A DNA stretch of 64,000 nucleotides from Bacteroidales bacterium UBA1402. GTDB taxonomy: Bacteria > Bacteroidota > Bacteroidia > Bacteroidales > UBA1402. Numbering within the stretch: position 1 is the first letter of the stretch; each line of letters opens with the position of its first letter. The notes under the pieces were generated by a model, which saw only the letters and a program-made list of their open reading frames with translations, ran no database searches and was not told the origin of the DNA. Where the stretch lies: contig DBQE01000003.1 in NCBI GenBank assembly GCA_002305085.1, positions 5,826 through 69,825 on the forward strand. The letters are read 5' to 3'. A program made the position numbers and the translations under genes. Below are positions 47,263-55,173 of the stretch, one piece after another.

Positions 47263-49740
47263 CTAAACTCCCTGTTTATTCCTAAGAATCTGTTGAGAAT
47301 TTGAAAAATTTTGTTTGGGAATGTAATTTTTCAAGGGTTGAATTTTCTCATGAATGGCATCCAGCATCCAACTTGCCTGGGGGAAGAAAGCATCTTCCAA
47401 TTCATGGGCGGGTGTGATCCAGTTGCGTGAACCCACTACCACGGGAGGAGCGTCCAGGTAATCGAAAGCCAGTTCGCTTATGTTGCGGGCCATATCGTTG
47501 ATAATGGATCCGCGGCTGCTGGCGTCGCTCGAAAGGAGAATACGTCCGGTTTTTTTGACCGACTCAATCACCAATTCGTAATTGAAGGGCACTATGCTGC
47601 GGGCATCGATCACTTCGGCGCTGATGCCGTATTGTTCCTGCAATATGTCGGCAGCTTCGAGAGCTCGGTAGAGGGTAGCCCCTATGGTGAGGATGGTTAT
47701 GTCCTTACCGGGACGTTTGATGTCGGGTTCGCCCAGGGGAATTTCGTAATAGCCTTCGGGCACTCCGCCTTGGTGGAATTGTTCACCAATATCGTAGATG
47801 CGCTGAGATTCGAAGAAAATCACCGGGTCGGTGCCTTGCAGGGCGGCATTCATCAAGCCCTTGGCATCGTAGGGAGTAGCGGGGAAACAAACCTTGAGCC
47901 CGGGAATATGGGCGCAAAGCGAGGTCCAGTCTTGCGAGTGCTGCGCCCCGTATTTGGAACCTACCGAAATGCGAAGCACAATGGGCATTTTTAGAATGTT
48001 GCCGCTCATAGCCTGCCATTTGGGCATTTGGTTGAAAACTTCGTCGCCGCAACGGCCCAAAAAGTCGCAATACATGATTTCGGGGATCACCCGCCCGCCG
48101 CACATGGCATAACCGATGGCCGTGCCCACGATGGCAGCTTCGGAAATAGGCGAATTGAACAGACGGTGATAAGGCAAAGCTTCGGTAAGTCCGCGATACA
48201 CGGCAAAGGCGCCGCCCCAATCGCGGTTTTCTTCGCCGTAGGCCACCAGCGAGGCATCTTTGTAGAAACGGTCGATGATGGCTTCGAAGATACCGTCGCG
48301 CAACTGGTATTGCTTCATTTTACTGTAGGGTTTACCCTCGGCATCGAAAGCAAAGCGTTCTTTTTTGGCGATTTGCTGTACCCTGGGATTTTCGTGCATG
48401 GGGTGATTTACTTCGGGCTTCACTCCGGGCATCATGCTGTCGACCGATTGGTTGGAAAACATAGCCTGACCCAGCAATTCCTGATTTTGGTTCAAATCCA
48501 TGCGGGGAGAAATGTCGAGGTCGATGGCCAGCTTGTAGACTTCCAAAATCGTCTTGCGGATGTCTTCCTGTATCCGGTCGAGATCGGCTTGCTTGCAGAT
48601 GTTACCTTCGAGCAATTGCTTGGCGTAGCCCACAATGCAATCCTGGGCTTCCCAGGCTTCGAGTTCTTCTTTGCTACGATACGACGAGGCGTCCGAGGGA
48701 GAGTGTCCACTGTAGCGATAGGTAAGCACATCGAGAAGGACAGGCCCCTGTTTGTCGTTGATCACCTGACGTTTACGACGATAGGCATCGATCACTGCCA
48801 GGGGATTGTAGCCGTCCACTCTTTCGGCATGCATTTGTTCGGGGTTGATACCGGCTCCGATACGGGCTGCAATGTCGTAACCCATGGTTTCGCCCTGAGT
48901 TTGTCCGCCCATACCGTACTGATTGTTCATGATGTTGAGGATAAAAGGCAGGCCGCCTTTCATATCGTCGTCCCAAAGAGTTTTAAACTGATCCATGGCA
49001 GAAAAAACCAAACCTTCCCAAACGGGACCGCAGGCCATGGAGGCGTCGCCCAGGTTGGCGACCACCAAGCCGGGTTTACGGTTGATTTTTTTATAGAGGG
49101 CTGCTCCCACGGCAATATCGCCGCTACCGCCTACGATGGCGTTGTTGGGATAAATGCCGAAGGGGGTGAAAAAGGCGTGCATACTGCCGCCCAGGCCCCG
49201 ATTGAAACCGGTTACGCGGGCAAAGATTTCGGCCAGAGCGCCGTAGACCAAAAAGCGACGGGCCAGTTGCCGGGTGTTGCCTTCGAAGTTCATGCCGGCC
49301 ACCTTAAGGGTGGCTCCGCCAAGGAATTCCTGCATGATTTTTTTAAGGCTGTCTTCGTCGAGTTTACGAATAGCCGACATGCCCTTGGCCAGGATTTCGC
49401 CGTGGCTGCGGTGCGAACCGAAAATAAAGTCGTCTACGCCCAGGGTATAGGCCATACCGACGGCGGCGGCTTCCTGTCCCACCGAGAGGTGAGCGGGACC
49501 GGGGTTATTGTAGGGTATGTCTTTGTATGCTCCGGTAGTTTTGACCAGATGGAGCATGGTTTCGAATTCCCTGATCAGGGACATGTCGTGGTAAATGTCG
49601 AGCAAATCCTGTTTGCTGAAATTGCCCTCGTCCAGTTCCTGTTTGGCTGTTTTATTGTACTGGTTTACGGGAATGGGCTTGAATGTAACTTCCCCGGCTT
49701 TACGCATTTCCGAGGGGTCGATGAATAATTGTTTAGGCAT
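47263..49740 (-). CDS. 2-oxoacid dehydrogenase E1 component, fused alpha-beta subunits
   Basis: 825 aa. The alpha part has the TPP motif LGDASMACGPVWEGL...ILNIMNNQYGM. The beta part has FNSPISEAAIVGTAIGYAM and a C-terminal transketolase-like domain. Confidence 0.85.
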   Translation of the reverse strand: MPKQLFIDPSEMRKAGEVTFKPIPVNQYNKTAKQELDEGNFSKQDLLDIYHDMSLIREFETMLHLVKTTGAYKDIPYNNPGPAHLSVGQEAAAVGMAYTLGVDDFIFGSHRSHGEILAKGMSAIRKLDEDSLKKIMQEFLGGATLKVAGMNFEGNTRQLARRFLVYGALAEIFARVTGFNRGLGGSMHAFFTPFGIYPNNAIVGGSGDIAVGAALYKKINRKPGLVVANLGDASMACGPVWEGLVFSAMDQFKTLWDDDMKGGLPFILNIMNNQYGMGGQTQGETMGYDIAARIGAGINPEQMHAERVDGYNPLAVIDAYRRKRQVINDKQGPVLLDVLTYRYSGHSPSDASSYRSKEELEAWEAQDCIVGYAKQLLEGNICKQADLDRIQEDIRKTILEVYKLAIDLDISPRMDLNQNQELLGQAMFSNQSVDSMMPGVKPEVNHPMHENPRVQQIAKKERFAFDAEGKPYSKMKQYQLRDGIFEAIIDRFYKDASLVAYGEENRDWGGAFAVYRGLTEALPYHRLFNSPISEAAIVGTAIGYAMCGGRVIPEIMYCDFLGRCGDEVFNQMPKWQAMSGNILKMPIVLRISVGSKYGAQHSQDWTSLCAHIPGLKVCFPATPYDAKGLMNAALQGTDPVIFFESQRIYDIGEQFHQGGVPEGYYEIPLGEPDIKRPGKDITILTIGATLYRALEAADILQEQYGISAEVIDARSIVPFNYELVIESVKKTGRILLSSDASSRGSIINDMARNISELAFDYLDAPPVVVGSRNWITPAHELEDAFFPQASWMLDAIHEKIQPLKNYIPKQNFSNSQQILRNKQGV

Positions 49741-49766
49741 GATGAAAATATTTTATGTGTTTTGTT

Positions 49767-51176
49767 TTATACGTTGTATGCTACTTCTTTGATAATTTCG
49801 CTGACGGTGGGATGAGGAAAGACCACTTGTTTGAGTTCTTCGAGGGTCATTTCCTGCTCAATGGCCATGCAAGCTCCATAAATGATTTCGCTGCAGGGAT
49901 TGCCCAGCATGTGCACGCCCAGCACTCGGCCGTTCCGGCTATCGACGATGATTTTGCAGAGACCGTTGCCTCCTTCGTTTTCGGCCACAAAACGCCCGGC
50001 ATAGGCCATGGGGAGTTTGATTGCCTTAAACTCGATATTGGCAGCCCGGGCGGCTTCCTCGCTGAGGCCGGCGCTGGCTACTTCGGGGTTGGTGTAAACC
50101 ACACCCGGAATGGCGTTGTAGCGCATACGGTCGTAACGAACCTTGCTTCCCGATTGTGCGGCCTGACGGACAGCGAGGATATTGTTGACCACTACTTCTC
50201 CTTCGCGCGAGGCGGTATGAGCCAACAGGCTGAAACCGGTGACATCGCCCGCAGCAAAAACGCCCGGAATATTGGTGCGCATGAGTTCGTCCACCTTGAT
50301 GCCGCCGCGATGAAGTTCTACACCCAGGTTTTCGAGGCCGTATCCCTGGGTAACGGCGCGACGGCCTACACTGAGCAAAATCTTATCGCCCTTGACCGAT
50401 TGGGTCTGACCGTCTTTTTCGAAGAAAACTTCGTTGCCTTGTACTTTGACTACTTTGGCCTGCAAATGGAAGTCGATGCCTTTTTTGGCGTAAATGTTGC
50501 GCAACATGGCCGAGATCTCCAGGTCGAGACCGCCCAAAATCTCGGGCAGCATTTCTACGACAGTGACTTTACTGCCCAGGCTGTTGAAGAAACTGGCAAA
50601 TTCCATACCTATGACTCCTCCTCCAATAACTACTAATTCGGCGGGTTGCTCTTTTAGTTGCAGGATTTCACGATTGGTGAGCAGGATTTCGCCTGCCTCG
50701 GTCAAGCCGGGGATGGGCGGCACCATGGCTTCGGAGCCGGTACAAATCATCAGATGGGCGGCAAAATAGCTTTCGCCTGCCTCCTGCCCTTCCTGCGGGG
50801 CAGCGGTCAATTCTATCCCCTTATCGGAGCGGCCTTTGATATAGGCTGCGGCTTTGACTACAGTCACCTTGCCGGCCCTCATTTGAGCTTCGACGCCGGC
50901 CACTAATTTGCGAACGACTTTGTTTTTGCGGGCCATCATTTTGCCAAAGTCGAATTCGACTCCGGTGGCTGTAATACCATACTTATCGCCCTGAAGTGCA
51001 TTTTCGTATGTCTTGGCGCTGTAGAGCAAAGTTTTGGTGGGAATGCAGCCTTCGTTCAGGCAAACACCGCCCAGACTGGCTTTTTCGAAAAGCAACACCG
51101 ACAAGCCCTGACTCCCGGCTCTTTCGGCGGCTACGTATCCGGCGGGGCCTCCGCCAATAATCGCTAAATCGTACAT
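49767..51176 (-). CDS. lpdA: dihydrolipoyl dehydrogenase (E3)
   Basis: 469 aa with DLAIIGGGPAGY, the redox-active disulfide GGVCLNEGCIPTK and C-terminal HPTVSE. Confidence 0.9.
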   Translation of the reverse strand: MYDLAIIGGGPAGYVAAERAGSQGLSVLLFEKASLGGVCLNEGCIPTKTLLYSAKTYENALQGDKYGITATGVEFDFGKMMARKNKVVRKLVAGVEAQMRAGKVTVVKAAAYIKGRSDKGIELTAAPQEGQEAGESYFAAHLMICTGSEAMVPPIPGLTEAGEILLTNREILQLKEQPAELVVIGGGVIGMEFASFFNSLGSKVTVVEMLPEILGGLDLEISAMLRNIYAKKGIDFHLQAKVVKVQGNEVFFEKDGQTQSVKGDKILLSVGRRAVTQGYGLENLGVELHRGGIKVDELMRTNIPGVFAAGDVTGFSLLAHTASREGEVVVNNILAVRQAAQSGSKVRYDRMRYNAIPGVVYTNPEVASAGLSEEAARAANIEFKAIKLPMAYAGRFVAENEGGNGLCKIIVDSRNGRVLGVHMLGNPCSEIIYGACMAIEQEMTLEELKQVVFPHPTVSEIIKEVAYNV

Positions 51177-51259
51177 AATGGTTGGAATTTATTTATTTCG
51201 ATTGTTTTTAATTTTCTTCTTGGGATTTATGGGATTTAATTACCGACAAGCCCGGGTCT

Positions 51260-52684
51260 CTAGGCAATATCAAATTCGAGATTTTCGATTTCGACGGCGA
51301 TCTGCTTCAGAAAGCGGGTGGCTTCGCCTCCGTCCAGTGCCCGATGGTCGTAGGTGAGGCTCAGGCCGATATAGGGCACGAAGGCATACACGCCGCCACC
51401 CAGGTCTTTGGGACGGGGCACTATGGTATTTACGCCCAGGATGGCCGATTGCGGCAGGTTGATGACGGGAGTAAACATTTCCACTCCGTAATTGCCCAGG
51501 TTGGATACGGTAAAGCTAGCCGCTTCGGGGCTAAGCAGGTCGGGGTCGATGGCTCCCTTGCGGCAGGCGGCGGCCAATTCCTTAAGTTGCGAGGCCAGGC
51601 CGCTGATGCTCAGATCGTCGGCGTTGCGCAGGGCAGGTACCATCAATCCGCGTTCGGTATCGACGGCCAGACCCAGATGCACCTTGTTGAATAAACGCAT
51701 ACTGTCGCCTAAGAAATGGGAGTTGACATTGGGGAATTTTTTAAGGGCCTTGATAACGGCCAAACACACCATATCGTTGAGGGTGATGTTGACGTTGAGT
51801 TTGCCCTGGTCCATGGCTTCCTTGACCTGCTTGCGTAATTCCATAATACGGCGGGCGTCGGCCCCCAGGTGGTGGGTAAGTTGAGCGGAATTCTGCAAAG
51901 AGGCATACATGGATTTGGCAATAAGTTTACGCATATTGCTCAGTTTCTTGTCCTGATAGTCGATGCCGTAAACAGCATTGACCGGAGCCTTGAGGTCGGA
52001 AGCCAGTACGGTGCCGGCCAGGCCGCTGCCCTGTTCGGGCACAACGGCTGCCTGTTCTTGCAGCGTTTTTTTGGCCAGAGGGCTCAGCTTGGGACGGTTT
52101 TGCAAAGCTGCCTGCACATCGCTTTCGATGATACGGCCGCCGGGGCCGCTGCCGCTGAGCTGACGGAAATCGAGGGCTTCTTTTTCGGCCAGTTTACGGG
52201 CACGGGGTGAAATAAAAACGGTACCACCGGAGGCGATGACGGAACTTGTTGAGGCTGCATCTGCTTGCGAAGCAACTGCGCCGGGCTGATCCGAGCTTGC
52301 TGGGGCGGAAGCCTGCGCTGCCGGAGCGGGGGCTGTTACACCTGCGGCCGGTACTTCAGTTGTAGAAGCGGCCGAAGCAGGAGGTGCTGTTTGGCCCGAA
52401 CCCTGAGCGCCAGCATCCATTTCAGCCAGCAGAGCCGAATAGTCTTCGCCGGCATCACCTAAAATCATGACGTTTTGCAACACCGGAACTTCGTCGCCTT
52501 CGTTGTACCAACATTCCAGCACAACTCCGTCCCGGGGGGCTTCTTCTTCGAACGAGGCCTTGTCGGTTTCGTAGGCAAATAGGATATCGCCTTTGGCTAC
52601 TTTGTCTCCTTTTTTCTTAATGGAAGAGATGATGCAACTTTCCACGGATTGCCCTTGTTTGGGCATAATAATTACTACTGCCAT
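51260..52684 (-). CDS. dihydrolipoamide acyltransferase (E2)
   Basis: 474 aa with a lipoyl domain (ETDKA), an Ala/Pro/Ser linker, a subunit-binding domain ISPRARKLAEKEALD...GSGPGGRI, and the catalytic DHRALDGG. Confidence 0.9.
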   Translation of the reverse strand: MAVVIIMPKQGQSVESCIISSIKKKGDKVAKGDILFAYETDKASFEEEAPRDGVVLECWYNEGDEVPVLQNVMILGDAGEDYSALLAEMDAGAQGSGQTAPPASAASTTEVPAAGVTAPAPAAQASAPASSDQPGAVASQADAASTSSVIASGGTVFISPRARKLAEKEALDFRQLSGSGPGGRIIESDVQAALQNRPKLSPLAKKTLQEQAAVVPEQGSGLAGTVLASDLKAPVNAVYGIDYQDKKLSNMRKLIAKSMYASLQNSAQLTHHLGADARRIMELRKQVKEAMDQGKLNVNITLNDMVCLAVIKALKKFPNVNSHFLGDSMRLFNKVHLGLAVDTERGLMVPALRNADDLSISGLASQLKELAAACRKGAIDPDLLSPEAASFTVSNLGNYGVEMFTPVINLPQSAILGVNTIVPRPKDLGGGVYAFVPYIGLSLTYDHRALDGGEATRFLKQIAVEIENLEFDIA

Positions 52685-52719
52685 AGCTTTGATTTATATA
52701 ATATTTGTTTGTTTACTCA

Positions 52720-52816
52720 GGTTTCGAACAGCAAAGGTAAAGTTATAACTAACCGATAAAAATATTCTTTCTTTCAACGACTATCGGTTTCGGACAGCAA
52801 AGGTAAAATTATTACT
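52720..52816. repeat. two 31-bp direct repeats (3 mismatches) in the E2/gntR divergent control region
   Basis: ggtttcgaacagcaaaggtaaagttataact (52720..52750) and ggtttcggacagcaaaggtaaaattattact (52786..52816). Read on the minus strand, each contains TACCTTTG, a TAnnTTTG -7 box (52739..52732 and 52805..52798). Confidence 0.75.
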
Positions 52817-52829
52817 TGTATATACAAGT
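52814..52829. promoter_or_regulatory. perfect 16-bp palindrome matching the GntR/HutC operator pattern
   Basis: ACTTGTATATACAAGT. The core GTATATAC fits GT-N-TA-N-AC. Confidence 0.5.
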
Positions 52830-52890
52830 TTTTTAGGTGTAATATTTTATTAAAAATACAACATTCTTTTTATCAAGCACTTAAAAGATT

Positions 52891-52918
52891 ACAAGTGCCG
52901 AAACTTGTATGTACAATT
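52891..52918. promoter_or_regulatory. second operator-like element
   Basis: ACAAGT gccgaa ACTTGTATGTACAATT. It has the same ACTTGT/ACAAGT half-sites, and the core GTATGTAC has one mismatch to GT-N-TA-N-AC. It lies just upstream of the gntR -7-like box TATATTTG (52952..52959). Confidence 0.4.
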
Positions 52919-52963
52919 TTTATTATTTGTTGCTTGTTTCAAGAAATAATGTATATTTGCGCC

Positions 52964-53677
52964 ATGTTTGAAGAAAGCGGTTTACCACTTTACAAGTCTT
53001 TGTACGAAAAGCTGCGCCGCCAGATCGAAGAAGGTATTTACCGTTCGGGCGATCTGTTGCCCTCGGAAAACGAGTTGAGCGCCTTGTACGGACTGGCCAG
53101 ATCGACGGTGCGCAACGCCCTGGACCGTCTGGTCAACGACGGTTTTATTGTAAAGCAACAGGGACGGGGCAGCATTGTAAAAGGCAAGGCCAAAGGAGTG
53201 GGCATTTTGTCGCTCAAAAGCACCTCTTCGGCTTTGGGCGGCAATCTGAGCACCCGGCTTATTGTCAAGCCCGAAATCCGTTCCTGGAAAGAGGCTTTCG
53301 GTTACACCATCAGCCAGAACGAACGCGATGCCGGCTGCATCTATTTTGAGCGCCTGCGCCTGATAAACAACCGGCCGGTTTTCTTTGACATCACCATGCT
53401 GCCCAATATCAACCTGCCCCGTTTTACCATGCACAAGCTCGAAAACGCTTCCTTGTTCGATTTGTTGCGCACCGCATACCAAATCGAAGTTACCGGAGGC
53501 GTGCAACATCTTTATGCCCTCAAGGCCAACAAGGAACTGCAAGAATATTTTCAGGTCAAAGCCGGGCATCCGGTCTTGCAATTGAACCGAAAGATTGAGA
53601 CTAACCGGCCGGGTATGCACATATACAGCAAAGTTTTTTGTAACACACAAGAGTACGCACTATTTGGAACCTTTTGA
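52964..53677 (+). CDS. GntR family (HutC/UTRA subfamily) transcriptional regulator
   Basis: ORF 52895..53677 trimmed to the ATG at 52964 (MFEESGLPLYKSLYEKLRRQIEEGIYRSGDLLPSENELSALYGLARSTVRNAL, a winged-HTH). The C-terminal domain is UTRA-like. Confidence 0.85.
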   Translation: MFEESGLPLYKSLYEKLRRQIEEGIYRSGDLLPSENELSALYGLARSTVRNALDRLVNDGFIVKQQGRGSIVKGKAKGVGILSLKSTSSALGGNLSTRLIVKPEIRSWKEAFGYTISQNERDAGCIYFERLRLINNRPVFFDITMLPNINLPRFTMHKLENASLFDLLRTAYQIEVTGGVQHLYALKANKELQEYFQVKAGHPVLQLNRKIETNRPGMHIYSKVFCNTQEYALFGTF

Positions 53678-53680
53678 GCT

Positions 53681-54124
53681 ATGGATTTTTTTACAGGCTT
53701 AGGACTTTTCGGCCTTTTTCTCGGCTCGTTTTTGGCCGGCAGTATCGTGCCTTTTAGTTCCGAAGTGTTGTTGGGAGGTGCTTTGCTGGCCGGAGTCGAT
53801 CCTGTAGCCTGCCTGATCAGTACCAGCCTGGGCAACACCTTGGGGGGAATGAGCTGCTATTATATCGGGCGTTTGGGCAAAATGGAATGGATGACCAAAT
53901 ACCTGAAAGTAAAAGAAACCACTCTGCATAAATATACCACCTTTTTGCGCGGTAAAGGCGCATGGCTGGGCTTTTTTGCCTGGTTGCCCTACGCCGGCGA
54001 AGCCATCTCCGTTGCCCTGGGTTATTTACGGGCCAATGCCTTGATTGTTGCAGTATCCATGCTCATTGGCAAAACCCTGCGCTACCTGGTAATGATGCTG
54101 ATCATTCTGGGGGTGATTGCCTGA
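53681..54124 (+). CDS. YqaA family (DedA-related) small membrane protein
   Basis: 147 aa. It is collinear with remembered E. coli YqaA (SFLAGSIVPFSSEVLL..., LGNTLGG, KALRY-like GKTLRYL). Confidence 0.75.
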   Translation: MDFFTGLGLFGLFLGSFLAGSIVPFSSEVLLGGALLAGVDPVACLISTSLGNTLGGMSCYYIGRLGKMEWMTKYLKVKETTLHKYTTFLRGKGAWLGFFAWLPYAGEAISVALGYLRANALIVAVSMLIGKTLRYLVMMLIILGVIA

Positions 54125-54232
54125 TATCCCGAGTAATTGCCCGACACTCCGGGGGTGATTGCCTGATATTCCGGGTGATTTCCCGACACTCCGGTGCTGA
54201 TTACACGGCATTTCGGTGCTTGCCCGATTTTT
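54109..54232. repeat. 42-bp tandem repeat (2 copies plus a diverged third) with 21-nt sub-periodicity
   Basis: gggggtgattgcctgatatcccgagtaattgcccgacactcc (54109..54150) and gggggtgattgcctgatattccgggtgatttcccgacactcc (54151..54192), then a degenerate ggtgctgattacacggcatttcggtgcttgcccgattttt. Copy 1 contains the last codons and stop of yqaA. Confidence 0.8.
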
Positions 54233-54381
54233 ACTTGTTTTGGTTGGAAATACATAGAAACAGGAAACTTTAGTGTTTTCTCAGTTTCCATTATGTATCT
54301 GTTTATCAGCTTGTTATAAAATATTGTTTATTGTTTAAACATATTTAACGCACCGGGATATCGGAAAATCGGTTTTGATTT

Positions 54382-54389
54382 TACCTTTG
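54382..54389 (+). promoter_or_regulatory. candidate -7 box (TACCTTTG) upstream of tetR
   Basis: Matches TAnnTTTG ~60 nt upstream of the tetR ATG. No clear -33 element is present. Confidence 0.3.
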
Positions 54390-54413
54390 CCGCGTTTTTT
54401 AGGTTAATAAATA

Positions 54414-54451
54414 ACAAACTTACTTCACGACGACAAACTTACTTCACAATG
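54414..54451 (+). repeat. 19-nt tandem duplication ending in the tetR start codon
   Basis: acaaacttacttcacGACG / acaaacttacttcacAATG. The second copy supplies the ATG at 54449. Confidence 0.8.
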
Positions 54452-55087
54452 GCAGATTTACTTCGCGAAGATATACTTAAAACCTCGACCAAGCTGTTTT
54501 TTAAATTCGGCCTGCGCAGTGTATCCATCGAGGATATCTGCAACGAACTGCGCATTTCTAAAAAAACCTTCTACACTTGCTTTTCGCAAAAAGAGGCTCT
54601 GATCGAAGATATACTGATCGATTACGACGAGGCTTTCGCCAAACGTATGGAATTGAAAATCAAAAGCCTCAATCTGCCGGAATCGACCACAGTAATAGAC
54701 ATGGTGCTGTTCTTCTCGGTTTTTCATCTGATAAACCGCGACGCCCGGTTCGAAAACTTCTTTTTTGATATGCAAAAGTATTATCCTGAGGTATTTAAAC
54801 GCCATATGGATCGTCACCGGCATATAGTGACAAATCACATCCGCGATATGCTGCTCAAAGGAATTGAGCAGGGACTCTACCGTGCCGAATTAGAGACGGA
54901 GCTTACCGCCAAAATAATTACTCTCGAGTTGATTTCCATGATGGAATTCGCCAGAAACAAACTGAATAAAAGCGAACAACAAAAAGTGATAATGCTGCTC
55001 ACCGACCTGCATATGAGGAGTTTATGCAACGAGCGTGGCCTGAAGTATTACCTCAAGGCCCTCGATAAACTCGAAAATCAACAGTGA
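54449..55087 (+). CDS. TetR/AcrR family transcriptional regulator
   Basis: 212 aa with an N-terminal HTH, FFKFGLRSVSIEDICNELRISKKTFYTCF. Confidence 0.85.
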   Translation: MADLLREDILKTSTKLFFKFGLRSVSIEDICNELRISKKTFYTCFSQKEALIEDILIDYDEAFAKRMELKIKSLNLPESTTVIDMVLFFSVFHLINRDARFENFFFDMQKYYPEVFKRHMDRHRHIVTNHIRDMLLKGIEQGLYRAELETELTAKIITLELISMMEFARNKLNKSEQQKVIMLLTDLHMRSLCNERGLKYYLKALDKLENQQ

Positions 55088-55173
55088 ATCGGTGGTACAA
55101 AGCCGTAACCAATCGACAGGGATTTTAAAAACCAAGAATCAAAAAACAAAAACAGATATAGAATTAAATAGCA

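Noticed and set aside
48028-49728. 566-aa plus-strand ORF opposite the fused E1 gene, and similarly 49755..50636 opposite lpdA and 46651..47304 opposite the PHP gene
   Set aside because: These are antisense shadows of genes with unambiguous motifs, and their translations show no recognisable domains.
54109-54232. Possible CRISPR array
   Set aside because: The repeat units abut directly with no spacers. There are only about 2.5-3 units, and no cas genes are in the window.
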